Shown: positions 1-10,398, numbered from the stretch's first letter. The stretch is 59,919 bases of DNA from Bacteriovoracaceae bacterium (GCA_018649885.1 JABIHA010000006.1:1-59919); one strand, 5' to 3'. Translations and numbers: made by a program. The notes: generated from the letters alone by a model not told the origin.

Positions 1-285
1 CAAAGAAAAACTCCTTCTTTTTTTGAAATACCCCCAGCTTCCGCTTCACAACAATCAAGCAGAGCTGGACATCAGAGAGAGTTATCAAAGGAAAGATCTC
101 ACTTCAAAATAGATCAAGGCAAGGCATGGAGGCATGGGATTTGATGCTATCAATAATCTCAACTTGCAGAAAACTTGGTGTGAGTTTTTGGAAATACCTA
201 GATGATCGAACTTCGGCCCGCGGAGAACTTCCTTTTCTTGCCCAAACTATAAGATCTCTTTAAAAACAGTATATTGGCCAGTTAC
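1..285 (+). mobile_element. Right end of an IS66-family insertion sequence: frameshifted transposase C-terminus plus probable terminal inverted repeat
   Basis: Frame 2 reads KEKLLLFLKYPQLPLHNNQAELDIRE. After a frame change in the GA run at ~74-81 it continues VIKGKISLQNRSRQGMEAWDLMLSIISTCRKLGVSFWKYLDDR to TAA at 261-263, matching the IS66 TnpC-type C-terminal pattern (P-x-x-NN-x-AE...R...KRK...CR-x-x-G). The segment ends in ...GGCCAGTTAC at 285, consistent with IS66 GTAA...TTAC ends. Confidence 0.75.
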
Positions 286-388
286 TACCTCTCTGTATAA
301 AAATTAGACAATCAGATAAAATCTTCAATTTAGTAGCTATAAATGTAGCTGGCTTATAGTCTGGTAGGGAATAATTGGAGAATTTAAA

Positions 389-1075
389 ATGCACCGAACG
401 CTACTTACACTTTTAATCGCCTCACTACTTGGCGCAAGTTGTATGAAACAGGGATCCGAGATCCCTAGTGAAGCGGCCCATCTATTTGAATCCAAAGACG
501 CAAAAAAGAAAAAAAAGAAGAAGAAGAAAAAGAAAGCACCTAAAAATATCATACTCCCAAGTGGAAATTTTCAGTTCACAGATGGACAAATCGCTTTAGT
601 CTCAAGGGGAAGATTCTTTCATGATGATATCCCTACATTTGAACACGAGCAGGTCTTCAATTTGACAAGAGATAAAAAAGACCTTGAAGAAACAGTGCCT
701 ATGGATTTTATCTATATAAAGGTAGATGGTGGAGACCCGACTATGGTCATCGCATCCACTAAAGACAGAAAGCTCCACAAGGAGTATCAGAAGTACCTAG
801 TGGAAGATGAAGACGAGGAAGAAGAAGATGATGAGGAAACTGATCCTTCAGTTAAGATCTACGCCACAGGAAGAATTTCTTTTGAATTCGATGAAAAAGC
901 TATTTTAAGTAAAATAAAAATTGATAATAAAGGATCAAAAATTTGTTCTTCATTTTCACTGATGAGCAAGCTTTTGACATTTTTTAGTAGCTCTAAAAGA
1001 TTCAAAGTACCAAAAGGTGTCCAAGTCAGTTTTAAGCATCAAAAAAATAGTGACTGTGAATTTGAATTAGAGTAA
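389..1075 (+). CDS. Hypothetical lipoprotein with poly-Lys and poly-acidic tracts
   Basis: Signal peptide with lipobox LGASC; K11 run; EDEDEEEEDDEE tract. Confidence 0.7.
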   Translation: MHRTLLTLLIASLLGASCMKQGSEIPSEAAHLFESKDAKKKKKKKKKKKAPKNIILPSGNFQFTDGQIALVSRGRFFHDDIPTFEHEQVFNLTRDKKDLEETVPMDFIYIKVDGGDPTMVIASTKDRKLHKEYQKYLVEDEDEEEEDDEETDPSVKIYATGRISFEFDEKAILSKIKIDNKGSKICSSFSLMSKLLTFFSSSKRFKVPKGVQVSFKHQKNSDCEFELE

Positions 1076-1080
1076 AAAAA

Positions 1081-2142
1081 TCATGGTAAGTACTTCCTAT
1101 AAAGTTCAAGGTAACTCTCAGCTGTTGATCTCCAATTAAATTGTTCGCTCCACTTCACCATTTGCAAGGATTCCTCGCTTCCCTTTTGGATTTTGTCTAT
1201 AGCATTAAGTACAACGAAGGCCATGTCAGCTGGATCAAAGTTCTTAAAGTAATCTGCGTGAACTCCACCGATTTCAGGAAGACTCATTTCAGTTGATAAA
1301 ATTGTGGGAATTCCCTGGCCCATGGCCTCCACTGCTGGAATGCCAAAACCTTCGGCGAGAGAGGGAAAGACAAAAGCACTTGCATTTTGATAGTACCAAC
1401 TCTTCATCTGTTCACTAATTTTACCAGGTAAAAAGACTCTCTTTTCAAGCCCATTTTTGACAACTTCCTCACTTATCTCACTAGCGTATGGATGATAGGT
1501 GGAGCCAGCAATAACTAAGTCAAAGTCTTTTAGATGCTTCATCATTTGGACTAGTACATGAAAGTTCTTCTTGGGAAGAATTGTTCCCACCGTAAAGAGA
1601 AAGGGACGATCTGATAGAAAAGATGGTCTTTCCACACTAGTAGTATCTTGCAATAAGTTAACCCCTAAGTAGATTTGGTGAATTTCGGTGTCCCCTACTC
1701 TTAGATGTTCTCTAACTATTTTTTCTGTGTACTTTGAAATAACCGTAAGTGCACAGCTTCGATCAACTTTTTTTTGCAATATCTTGATGCGATTTTCAAT
1801 TGTCTTCGAGTCTCTTTCTTCTTGTAGGAAATTGAGATCATTTATTGTTAGAAGAAAGGGAATTTTCTTTGAAGGGGGAAAGTACTTTGTATCTTGATGG
1901 ATTGAATGCCACAAGTCAGTTTTAGGAGATAAAAAAGGTAGTGTCTTATAGATTTTTTTCAGTGTGTGGTAGCGCGCTTTTTCTCCAAACTCGGAAATTT
2001 GCCCTGGAAAAACCATATATTCTAAATCCAGATCCTTTGGCGCAATTTCCTCAAAAATCTGACCTAATTGCAAACAAACCTGTCCCAGTCCGCAAGCAAT
2101 GTCAGATAGCTTTTCCATTTCAATGATTACACGATTTCCCAT
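1081..2142 (-). CDS. Glycosyltransferase family 4 (GT-B)
   Basis: VGTILPKKN and FVFPSLAEGFGIPAVEAM (E-x7-E) motifs. Confidence 0.92.
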   Translation of the reverse strand: MGNRVIIEMEKLSDIACGLGQVCLQLGQIFEEIAPKDLDLEYMVFPGQISEFGEKARYHTLKKIYKTLPFLSPKTDLWHSIHQDTKYFPPSKKIPFLLTINDLNFLQEERDSKTIENRIKILQKKVDRSCALTVISKYTEKIVREHLRVGDTEIHQIYLGVNLLQDTTSVERPSFLSDRPFLFTVGTILPKKNFHVLVQMMKHLKDFDLVIAGSTYHPYASEISEEVVKNGLEKRVFLPGKISEQMKSWYYQNASAFVFPSLAEGFGIPAVEAMGQGIPTILSTEMSLPEIGGVHADYFKNFDPADMAFVVLNAIDKIQKGSEESLQMVKWSEQFNWRSTAESYLELYRKYLP

Positions 2143-2167
2143 GACCTATAGTATAGGACAGCTATCA

Positions 2168-2872
2168 CTATGTTTGAAGGGAATTCAAAAAAGGGGCCTC
2201 TAATTTATTAATACCTGCGCTGCCTGCCAAGTCAAAGGCCTTGGATCTTTGCAAAATTCGATCATCTAGGACATTAAAGTCCGAGATCAATATGAATTTG
2301 TACCAAGGAAAGAATGAGAGTCGATAGAGCATTTTGTTAAATAGCTTCTTTAAAAATGCTCCCTTTAAGTGACTCGCGGTGATGCTATATCTTGGTGCGA
2401 CAATTCTTGTCTCTTCCCACTTTAAAACACTCAAGTAAATTTCTTTTTTTCTTATGCTGTCTATCTTTCGATTTTTTTTGCGGTATAGGTGAATCAAATC
2501 AAGCGAGTTTTGATATTCGGTTGAAATAAAGTTACATTTATTCTCACTTTTTGATTCTAAGTACTTTGTCACTAAATCGAGAAATAGGTATCTATTAGTT
2601 TGCTTTTTCTCCCTCAAGTAAAGGGATACGGGAATAAGATACTTAGTGAGCATCCATTGCCACCTTCTAAAAATAAAAAACACTGAATTTAAAATCAATT
2701 CATATAGGTATATTTCTTTGGATAATTGCTTAGTCTCATAAGATAGTATTAGCGGATTTAAAAAATTTTTATTTGAATCAATATAGATGCGGTAAAGCTC
2801 GATACTTCTCTTGTCGAAATCGTCAATGTCACCAGCAAGAGTACATGCTTGTTCAAGTGAGCTTGAATTCAT
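2168..2872 (-). CDS. Hypothetical protein
   Basis: 234-aa ORF, co-oriented and closely spaced between the desulfurase and GT4 genes; GAGG RBS upstream. Confidence 0.6.
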   Translation of the reverse strand: MNSSSLEQACTLAGDIDDFDKRSIELYRIYIDSNKNFLNPLILSYETKQLSKEIYLYELILNSVFFIFRRWQWMLTKYLIPVSLYLREKKQTNRYLFLDLVTKYLESKSENKCNFISTEYQNSLDLIHLYRKKNRKIDSIRKKEIYLSVLKWEETRIVAPRYSITASHLKGAFLKKLFNKMLYRLSFFPWYKFILISDFNVLDDRILQRSKAFDLAGSAGINKLEAPFLNSLQT

Positions 2873-2893
2873 GGCCTCACCCTAACACAACTC

Positions 2894-4063
2894 TTAAATG
2901 GATGCAGCCTCAGGTTGTAAATTTTGACTCACTTCTTTTAGTCTATTTACAAACAATTCCAATTGGTTAGCAGTACTGCTCACTCCAAGGCCCACTCTAA
3001 AAGAGCCTTTAGATATGGTTGCGGGAGAGCCTAACCCGTTGAGTACTGATTCCCCCCCATCTTTATGGCCCATACAAGCTGAGCTGGACGATAAAAAGAT
3101 ATGGGGAAACTGATATAAAATAGAAGTGGCATCAGCGCCTTTAAGTGAAAAATTGAGAATATGAGCAAGACCAAACTCAACATCACTATTAAAGTGAAGT
3201 CCTCTTAGATCACTCGCTATTAAAAGACTTTGTAGTTTCCCAGATAATTTTTGATAGTGACGTACATGACTCGTGAGGTTTTCGGTGACAAATTCTAGGG
3301 CACACTCAAGTCCTACCACAAGTGGCAGTCCAAAAGTTCCGGCCCTAATGCCCATTTGTTGTCCCCCTCCATGAATCAGAGGGGTCAATTGTTTTAAAAG
3401 ATTGCACTTACCTACAAAGGCCCCAACATTTTTCGGGCCATAAATTTTATGTCCACTAAAGCTGAGAAAATCTACTTCTCCACTTCCTAAAAAAGGAAGC
3501 TGCGTTTTACCAAGAGATTGAGAAATATCGAGGTGTAAGAGAGCTGAATATTTTTGGGTACACTTGGATAGCTTGGGATAATCAAATAAGCTTCCAAGCT
3601 CACTATTGCCGTAACAAAGAGTCACTAGAGACTTAGGGTGGTCTTCGAGGAGACGCGCCAGGGATTCAACACAAATTTTCCCAAACATATCAGTCTTTGC
3701 GTACACCACTTTAGCGCCAAATTTTTCAATAAATTTGAGTGGTTCTAATATGGAGGGGTGCTCTACTTTAGTAGTAATAAAACTCTGGCACATACCAGAA
3801 AAATAAGCACCTTTAATAATTGTATTATTAGACTCTGTGGCCCCAGAGGTAATGACTACTTCCCTTTTTGAATATCCCCCCATCAACTGCCCGATTTTTG
3901 CTATGGCCTTATTAAACCTGGCCACTGCCAGCTGACCTAAGGCGTGGGTTGATGAGCTATTAGCAAAGTACGCAGCACTTGTGCGCTCCATCTCTGAGCT
4001 AACATCTGTGTTTATTGGTGTTGTAGAACAGTGGTCAAGAAAGATCTGATTTTCTTTCACCAC
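2894..4063 (-). CDS. Cysteine desulfurase (IscS/NifS family, PLP-dependent)
   Basis: FLDHCSTTP, TSGATESNN, EHPS, SGHKIYGPK (PLP lysine), SSSSAC (catalytic Cys). Confidence 0.9.
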   Translation of the reverse strand: MVKENQIFLDHCSTTPINTDVSSEMERTSAAYFANSSSTHALGQLAVARFNKAIAKIGQLMGGYSKREVVITSGATESNNTIIKGAYFSGMCQSFITTKVEHPSILEPLKFIEKFGAKVVYAKTDMFGKICVESLARLLEDHPKSLVTLCYGNSELGSLFDYPKLSKCTQKYSALLHLDISQSLGKTQLPFLGSGEVDFLSFSGHKIYGPKNVGAFVGKCNLLKQLTPLIHGGGQQMGIRAGTFGLPLVVGLECALEFVTENLTSHVRHYQKLSGKLQSLLIASDLRGLHFNSDVEFGLAHILNFSLKGADATSILYQFPHIFLSSSSACMGHKDGGESVLNGLGSPATISKGSFRVGLGVSSTANQLELFVNRLKEVSQNLQPEAASI

Positions 4064-4731
4064 GACGTTCCCGCAAAGGATTCAAACTCAGCTGGAGTAT
4101 TAAGATTCATCACCACTCTTGGGTCATTAGCCGGGGCAGCTATCACTAAACTCGGATCTAGCTTTTTAATTTGTAAATCAAGTCTTGATTCATCTCCTGA
4201 TACAAGTAGACGTTCCAAGGATTTTAAAAAATCATGATGCAGGGCCACTGGGTGTCCACCACGTTCTTCGTGATAGGGTATACAGGCCTGTGCCCCCTTG
4301 AGCACATGAAGCATCAAAATTCTTAAAATATTGACATCAGCTATAGGAATATCAATGGGAGTTAAAAATACACCTCTCGGCGCACTATCATAGCTCATAA
4401 TCTCTTTAATGCCCGATTGAATGGAGCTAAATTGTCCAAACTCAGGGTTGGGAGAAATAACGGTTTTGATTTGAATATTTTGATAATAGACGTACTCACT
4501 GCACGACTGTAAGAGCCAGGGGATTGCCTCTAAATACTTATCAGAATCGAATCCTAAAACTAATACAACTCTTCCACCACCCAATTTTCCGTAGGCCTCC
4601 AGTTGAGAAAATAACCACGGATTTCCTTTATAGGGCACAAGACCTTTGGGTGAGCCCATCCTAGATGACTTTCCTGCAGCTAATATTATTAGTGGAAAAC
4701 CACTGGGATTACTCATGACTCTCTCCTGCAT
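4057..4731 (-). CDS. mocA: Molybdenum cofactor cytidylyltransferase (MocA-like NTP transferase)
   Basis: LAAGKSSRMGSPKGL and GGHPV motifs; lies in the xanthine-dehydrogenase operon. Confidence 0.8.
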   Translation of the reverse strand: MQERVMSNPSGFPLIILAAGKSSRMGSPKGLVPYKGNPWLFSQLEAYGKLGGGRVVLVLGFDSDKYLEAIPWLLQSCSEYVYYQNIQIKTVISPNPEFGQFSSIQSGIKEIMSYDSAPRGVFLTPIDIPIADVNILRILMLHVLKGAQACIPYHEERGGHPVALHHDFLKSLERLLVSGDESRLDLQIKKLDPSLVIAAPANDPRVVMNLNTPAEFESFAGTSW

Positions 4732-5491
4732 GAAAGATTTCTAAAAGTTGAGATGAAATAGAAATTCCTAGCTCACCAGGAGTCTTACCTCCAATAGCAA
4801 GGCCTATGGGGCAGTAGACTTTCTCAAGCGTTTCTTTTGAAACCCCTCTAGCATTAAGTCTTTTTTTGAATCGGTCCCACTTTGAAAGTGAGCCTATGAG
4901 CCCTAAAAATCGGGGTGAGTAGTTAGACAACTCAAAAACAAGGTCTTCATCAAGGGCGTGATCATGAGTCATAATCGCCACATAGCTAAGAGGAGATGAG
5001 AGCAAACTTTCATTCTTCTCCACAAAATCAAGTGGATCGCAACAGATACTTTCAATTCCAAAGCAGTCCCCAATTTTTTCACTCCACTGCTTTCTTTCAT
5101 CAATCACTTTTATTTGAAAAGGAGTTTCACTCAGTACACGACAAACTGCCTGGCCTACGTGGCCTGCACCAAAGAGATATAAAGTGGGTCTTTGACCTAA
5201 TACTTCGAAAAAAAGATGGGCCTCTCCTCCACAACATTGTGAGGTTCTCTCACCCAGGGGAAATTTTTCAAGGCGACTACTCCCCTCTTTCATACAGCTT
5301 TGGGCCATTGAAATGGAAATATGCTCAAGCCTTCCCCCACCGACTGTGCCAAAGAAACTACCATCTTCCACAACAATCATTTTTGCTCCCAGCTCTCGTG
5401 GTACTCCGCCTTTTACATTGACCACAGTCACTAAGACAAACCCAGAGAGCGAGCTTTCAAGCTCTGAAATTTTACTGGCCCAATCCCACAT
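4709..5491 (-). CDS. xdhC: Xanthine dehydrogenase accessory protein XdhC
   Basis: PRELGAKM, GTVGGGRLE, QCCGG, FGAGHVG, MTHDHALD, GLIGS, CPIG motifs. Confidence 0.93.
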   Translation of the reverse strand: MWDWASKISELESSLSGFVLVTVVNVKGGVPRELGAKMIVVEDGSFFGTVGGGRLEHISISMAQSCMKEGSSRLEKFPLGERTSQCCGGEAHLFFEVLGQRPTLYLFGAGHVGQAVCRVLSETPFQIKVIDERKQWSEKIGDCFGIESICCDPLDFVEKNESLLSSPLSYVAIMTHDHALDEDLVFELSNYSPRFLGLIGSLSKWDRFKKRLNARGVSKETLEKVYCPIGLAIGGKTPGELGISISSQLLEIFHAGESHE

Positions 5492-6371
5492 ATATCTTCT
5501 CCATATAGTATTTAAATAAATTGAGTGTCACTTTTTTTCTATATGCACCAGTGGATCTAATATCATCAATTGGTGACAGTTCTTCGTTTAAAATGGAAAG
5601 TCCTTTTTCTATTAAATCAGATCCAAACTCCTGCTCTTCAAATGCATCCCTCAAGGAATCCATAAGAATAGGTGTCGCGGCCATGCTACCTAGAGCTAAA
5701 CGAAATTTTTCAATGCGACTATTATTCACTTGAACCATTAAGCAAAATAGAACTTTTGAAATGGCCTGGGCATTTCTTGTTCCCACTTTGTGATAAAAAT
5801 TAAATTTCTTTTCTTGCCCTCTTCTTAATTTAATATGAGTAATCAGCTCACCTGGGGCCAGAGCGTGTGTTTTATAACCTGTATGAAAGTCCTGGTAATC
5901 AACCCATCTTTGTCCTTCACTAGAGCTTAGCAGTAATTCAGCGTCGTAACATAGAAGAGCAGGAGGTGTATCAGCTGCGGGAGAAGCATTGACAATATTT
6001 CCGCCAATAGTCCCACGGTTTTGAATCGCTTTGGCGCCAGTTAGTCCGGCGGCTTGATAGAGTAAGGGAAATTCTGATTTTATCACCTCACTGGAGCGAA
6101 TTTCACTATAAGTGGTAAGTGCACCTAAAACAACTTCACAATCTGACTCTTCAATACCTTGTAGTTCAAATAATCCCCATATATTGAGAAAGTCGGCACC
6201 ATCCAGTAAATTAGACTCTAGCTGGACCATTAAGTCAGTCCCGCCTGCAAATGGAATCCATTTTTTATCTGTATCAGCTAGTAGCTGAAGTGCCTCGCTC
6301 AGATCTTCTGGAGTTGTCATTGAAAGCGTGGAAGTTGAGTTTCTCACTGTTGATCCTCCATTTGAGAGCAA
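5472..6371 (-). CDS. Xanthine dehydrogenase family FAD-binding subunit (CoxM-like); start probably GTG at 6347
   Basis: AGGTDL, IQNRGTIGGNIVNASPAAD, PIDDIRSTGAYR. Confidence 0.93.
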   Translation of the reverse strand: MLSNGGSTVRNSTSTLSMTTPEDLSEALQLLADTDKKWIPFAGGTDLMVQLESNLLDGADFLNIWGLFELQGIEESDCEVVLGALTTYSEIRSSEVIKSEFPLLYQAAGLTGAKAIQNRGTIGGNIVNASPAADTPPALLCYDAELLLSSSEGQRWVDYQDFHTGYKTHALAPGELITHIKLRRGQEKKFNFYHKVGTRNAQAISKVLFCLMVQVNNSRIEKFRLALGSMAATPILMDSLRDAFEEQEFGSDLIEKGLSILNEELSPIDDIRSTGAYRKKVTLNLFKYYMEKIYVGLGQ

Positions 6372-6823
6372 ATTAATGTCGACTCAAAGATTTTCTTATA
6401 GCCTGTACAACGACACAAGTTTCCTGAAAGCGCCGTTTTGACCTCTTCAAGATTTGGTGCCGGGTTATCCCTAAGTAAACTAATGGCGGCAAGCACCATA
6501 CCCGGAGTACAAAACCCACACTGAGCTCCTCCATTTTCTAGAAACGATTTTTGAATAGGGGCCAAGCTCTCAGAGTTTGCCACTCCCTCAATGGTTTCAA
6601 TCTCAGAAGATGCTACCTGGGAGATGGGAATCAAACAGCTATTGACTAGTTTTCCATTAACTAAAACACTGCAGGCCCCACACTCTCCTTCACCACAACC
6701 TTCTTTGGTTCCAGTTAAGTTTTCATCTGATCTGATAGTATCAAGTAGGCGCTCCATTGGATGGGCCAAAAAGACTTTGGTCTCTCCATTTATTTTCAAT
6801 GTAAATTCTTCTTTATGACTCAC
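6344..6823 (-). CDS. Xanthine dehydrogenase family 2x[2Fe-2S] subunit (CoxS-like)
   Basis: GCGEGECGAC...NSC, QCGFCTPG, CRCTGY. Confidence 0.95.
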   Translation of the reverse strand: MSHKEEFTLKINGETKVFLAHPMERLLDTIRSDENLTGTKEGCGEGECGACSVLVNGKLVNSCLIPISQVASSEIETIEGVANSESLAPIQKSFLENGGAQCGFCTPGMVLAAISLLRDNPAPNLEEVKTALSGNLCRCTGYKKIFESTLICSQMEDQQ

Positions 6824-9038
6824 TAGAGGCCTCCATAAATTCCATTAAATCCTCTGGTAGCATGGGGATAAAATGAGGCGCGCTTCCAAGGGCATTTTGG
6901 ACAGCATTAATAATGGCGGGAGCAGGTCCATCCATCGGTAGCTCCCCAATCCCTTTGGCGCCTTTTGGTCCATAGTTTTGATTTTTTTCTTCGAAATAGA
7001 CTCTGATATCGGGAACATCTGCACTTGTGTGCATTATGTAATTAGTCATTTGACTATTTTTCATCAGGCCTTCTTCCCAAACCACTTTTTCACTAAGTGC
7101 GTAGCCAACTCCCTGGGCAACACCGCCCTCAATTTGGCCTTCGGCAAGAGTTGGATGCATCACATGCCCCACTTCTTGGATGGCCACAAAATCATCAACC
7201 TTTGTTTCATAGGTAAGGGTGTTGACTGAGACTTCAGCAGCGTAGACGGCCCAGGCATATGTTGCGTAGGCGTCACCTTGGTAATTCTCTTCATCCCATT
7301 TTATACCTGGTGGCTGCTTGTACTGAACATAGGATTTAAGACTTCCAAATTGATCAATATATTTTCCACTGGCCTCAAAGAATTCCCTCTCAGTATAGAC
7401 TTCACCAAGAAAACCTGTGGTCCTCAAAGTGCTGACAAGAGAGCTTCCAGCTTTTTCTAAAAGATCTCCCACAACCATTGTTGTTCTTGAGGCCACTGTC
7501 GGCCCTGAATTTGGGACATTACTTGTATCAGGCCTTGCCACAATCACACTTTGCTCAGAAATCCCTAAGGCACTGGAAGCCACTTGAGAAAAAATCGTAT
7601 TGGCCCCTTGGCCTATTTCAGTACTTGAGGCCTTGACGACCACCTGGCCATCTCTTGTCGCCTCTAATCCAACAATAGAGGCGAGATAACTCTCACCTGA
7701 GCCCGTAAAACCGGCGCCATGAAAAAAGCATGCAAGCCCAATCCCTTTTTTTACAATTGGGTTTTTCTTATTCTGAATGGCGAAGCTCTTAGATTTTTCT
7801 GAGAAATCCATTAACTCATCTACCGTGGAAAAGAGCTCATGATAGCCAGGCTCCTCAGCAATACTTTGCCCAGTAGCGGTGGTATCCCCAATTTTGAGCA
7901 CATTGATTTTTCTAAATTCGACAGGATCAATTCCCAATTTTTTGGCCACCACATCCATATGCCTTTCTAAGGCGAATATACTTTGAGGAGCACCAAAACC
8001 ACGAAAGGCGCCAAAGGGAGGATGATTTGTGGCAACGGCCTTTGAGTGAACCCTGACATTTTCAATATTGTAGGGACCTGCTGCGTGAATAGTTCCCCTA
8101 CTTAGTACCACTGAAGACAGTGTGGCGTAGGCACCACCGTCTAGAAAAAATTCAAAATCAAGACCCGTTATCTTTCCTTTTTTATCTACGGCCATTTTAA
8201 TATGAGACATTGAAGGATGGCGCTTAGTGGTCACCTCCATGTCTTCGGCCCGTGAATAAATCATCTTCACTGGTCTTTTTGATTTATATGATAGAAGGGC
8301 AGCATGCGAAGAAATGATAGATGGATAATCCTCTTTCCCTCCAAAGCCCCCGCCTGTTTCGGTTTGAACAACCCTAACTTTTTCTGGTGGAAGAGAAAAT
8401 ACTTCTCTTAGAGCCTGCTGAACATAGTAAGGACATTGAAGCGATCCCCACACAGTAATACTGCCATCATCACTTGCGTGGGCGATGACACCGTGGTTTT
8501 CAATATAGAGCTGCTCTTGTGCTCCGGTGGAATAACTGCCTTCAATAACCTGACTGCCTGCGCTTATGCCTTTGGCCACGTCACCTTTAGTGATGGTGTA
8601 CTCTTTAAAAATATTGTCACTTCCCCAAACTACTTCTTTTTTGGCCAAAGAGTCTTCAATACTAAAAATACCTGGACTGGCTTCTATATCGAGTTCTACA
8701 TAATCACGGGCCTTTAAAACCTCTTCTCTATCCTCACCGGCGAGAAGTAGCACCACCTCACCAGGATGAGAAATATGAGAGGAGGCCAGACAAGGCTGAT
8801 CATCCAAGATTACCTGAATCACATTTTTCCCAGGAATATCCGAAGCCCTTACAATGGTGAATTTTTCCCAATCAATACCGGGTTTAAAACTAACCCCTTT
8901 TATTTTTCCTCTGGGAACACTACTTCTGACACTCACTCCGTGGAGCATATTGGGAAATTTTAAATCATCTATGTACTTAGACTTTCCAGTCAGCTTCGAA
9001 ACACCTTCTACCCTGGTCGGAAAACTTCTTTTTTTCAT
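6813..9038 (-). CDS. Xanthine dehydrogenase family molybdopterin-binding subunit
   Basis: GGGFGGKE, AFRGFG, EIGQG, GQIEGG, KGIGELP (catalytic Glu). Confidence 0.95.
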   Translation of the reverse strand: MKKRSFPTRVEGVSKLTGKSKYIDDLKFPNMLHGVSVRSSVPRGKIKGVSFKPGIDWEKFTIVRASDIPGKNVIQVILDDQPCLASSHISHPGEVVLLLAGEDREEVLKARDYVELDIEASPGIFSIEDSLAKKEVVWGSDNIFKEYTITKGDVAKGISAGSQVIEGSYSTGAQEQLYIENHGVIAHASDDGSITVWGSLQCPYYVQQALREVFSLPPEKVRVVQTETGGGFGGKEDYPSIISSHAALLSYKSKRPVKMIYSRAEDMEVTTKRHPSMSHIKMAVDKKGKITGLDFEFFLDGGAYATLSSVVLSRGTIHAAGPYNIENVRVHSKAVATNHPPFGAFRGFGAPQSIFALERHMDVVAKKLGIDPVEFRKINVLKIGDTTATGQSIAEEPGYHELFSTVDELMDFSEKSKSFAIQNKKNPIVKKGIGLACFFHGAGFTGSGESYLASIVGLEATRDGQVVVKASSTEIGQGANTIFSQVASSALGISEQSVIVARPDTSNVPNSGPTVASRTTMVVGDLLEKAGSSLVSTLRTTGFLGEVYTEREFFEASGKYIDQFGSLKSYVQYKQPPGIKWDEENYQGDAYATYAWAVYAAEVSVNTLTYETKVDDFVAIQEVGHVMHPTLAEGQIEGGVAQGVGYALSEKVVWEEGLMKNSQMTNYIMHTSADVPDIRVYFEEKNQNYGPKGAKGIGELPMDGPAPAIINAVQNALGSAPHFIPMLPEDLMEFMEASSES

Positions 9039-9069
9039 TTTTTTAAATACCTTTTTTTAATCGTCAATT

Positions 9070-10398
9070 TTAATGGGTAAAATATAATGAGAGCACACAC
9101 AGAAGATTAATTCCCCAAAGTGTCACTGGGATGTCTCCACCCTTTCCCACCAAAAGCTTTAATACGCTATAACTTAAAAGACCCCAAATAATACCTTGGC
9201 TTATAGAATAACTAAGGGGGATCAAAAACATAGCAAGAAATGCTGGTATCCCCTCTTCCAACTCGGCCCAATCTATTTTACTAACAGGTGCCATCATAAA
9301 GACACCAACAATCACTAGAATAGGAGCTGTAGCAATAGAGGGAATCATAGACAGTAGTGGCGAAAAAAACATCAAAGGCAGAAATAGAACTCCTGCCACA
9401 ACTGCCACCAAACCAGTTCTACCTCCACCTTGAATGGCCGCAGCCGATTCAATATAACTTGTCCCTGGAGATGAGCCAAAAATAGCAGAGCTCAAGGTTG
9501 CTATAGCATCACAAAAAAGACTTTCTTTAAGATTTCGTGGGTCTCCCGATTCATCGAGAAGATTTCCCGCCTCGGCAACTCCCATAAATGTAGAAAGAGA
9601 GTCAAAGAGATCGGTAAAAACAAAGCTGAAGATAACGGGAACCATCCCCCATTTAAGTGCACCAATGACATCCATCTTAAACAGCAGGCCAAAATCAGCA
9701 GGCGAATAGATGCCATTAAAGCTTACAAGTGTCTTCACTCCGTGATTAATAAAAGAGGCATCACCATAGTATCGTCCTATGGGGTAGCACATCAGGGTGG
9801 TTAAAAAAATTGAGACAATGGCACCACCTGGAATTTTTTTAACCATAAAAATTGAGGTCAAAACCAGTCCCAACAAGAAAGTGATTGTCACTGCATTTAA
9901 AGGCCCTGCAGTTACCAGTGTTGCCTGGCCCTTAACAACCAAACCTGCATTAGAAAACCCAATCAAGGCAATAAATAGACCTATCCCGCAGGAGACTGCC
10001 ATTCGTTGACTCTTTGGTATGGCCTTAACTATTTTGGAGCGAATATTAGTCACAGATAAAATCACAAAAATCACACCGGACCAAAAAACGGCCCCCAAGG
10101 CCTCTTCTACAGTTGCGCCCATTCCGGCAACAACGCTAAAAGCAAAGAAAGCATTGAGCCCCATTCCCGGAGCAACCACGATAGGGTTTTTGCCATAAAG
10201 CCCCATGAGAATACTTCCAAGGGCACTGACCAGAACTGTCGCGGTTACTACCGCGGGAAATGACATCCCCGCTTGGGACAAAATTATTGGATTTAAAATA
10301 GTAATATAGGCCGTGGCCAAAAAGGCGGTGACTCCCGCTAAAACTTCTGTTTTCAAGTCAGTACGATTTTGATCAAAATCAAAATATTTTGCCAGCAA
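9070..10398 (-). CDS. NCS2/AzgA-family purine (guanine/hypoxanthine/adenine) permease
   Basis: TEVLAGVTAF, APGMGLNAFF, YIESAA..GGRTGL; multiple hydrophobic segments. Confidence 0.93.
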   Translation of the reverse strand: MLAKYFDFDQNRTDLKTEVLAGVTAFLATAYITILNPIILSQAGMSFPAVVTATVLVSALGSILMGLYGKNPIVVAPGMGLNAFFAFSVVAGMGATVEEALGAVFWSGVIFVILSVTNIRSKIVKAIPKSQRMAVSCGIGLFIALIGFSNAGLVVKGQATLVTAGPLNAVTITFLLGLVLTSIFMVKKIPGGAIVSIFLTTLMCYPIGRYYGDASFINHGVKTLVSFNGIYSPADFGLLFKMDVIGALKWGMVPVIFSFVFTDLFDSLSTFMGVAEAGNLLDESGDPRNLKESLFCDAIATLSSAIFGSSPGTSYIESAAAIQGGGRTGLVAVVAGVLFLPLMFFSPLLSMIPSIATAPILVIVGVFMMAPVSKIDWAELEEGIPAFLAMFLIPLSYSISQGIIWGLLSYSVLKLLVGKGGDIPVTLWGINLLCVLSLYFTH

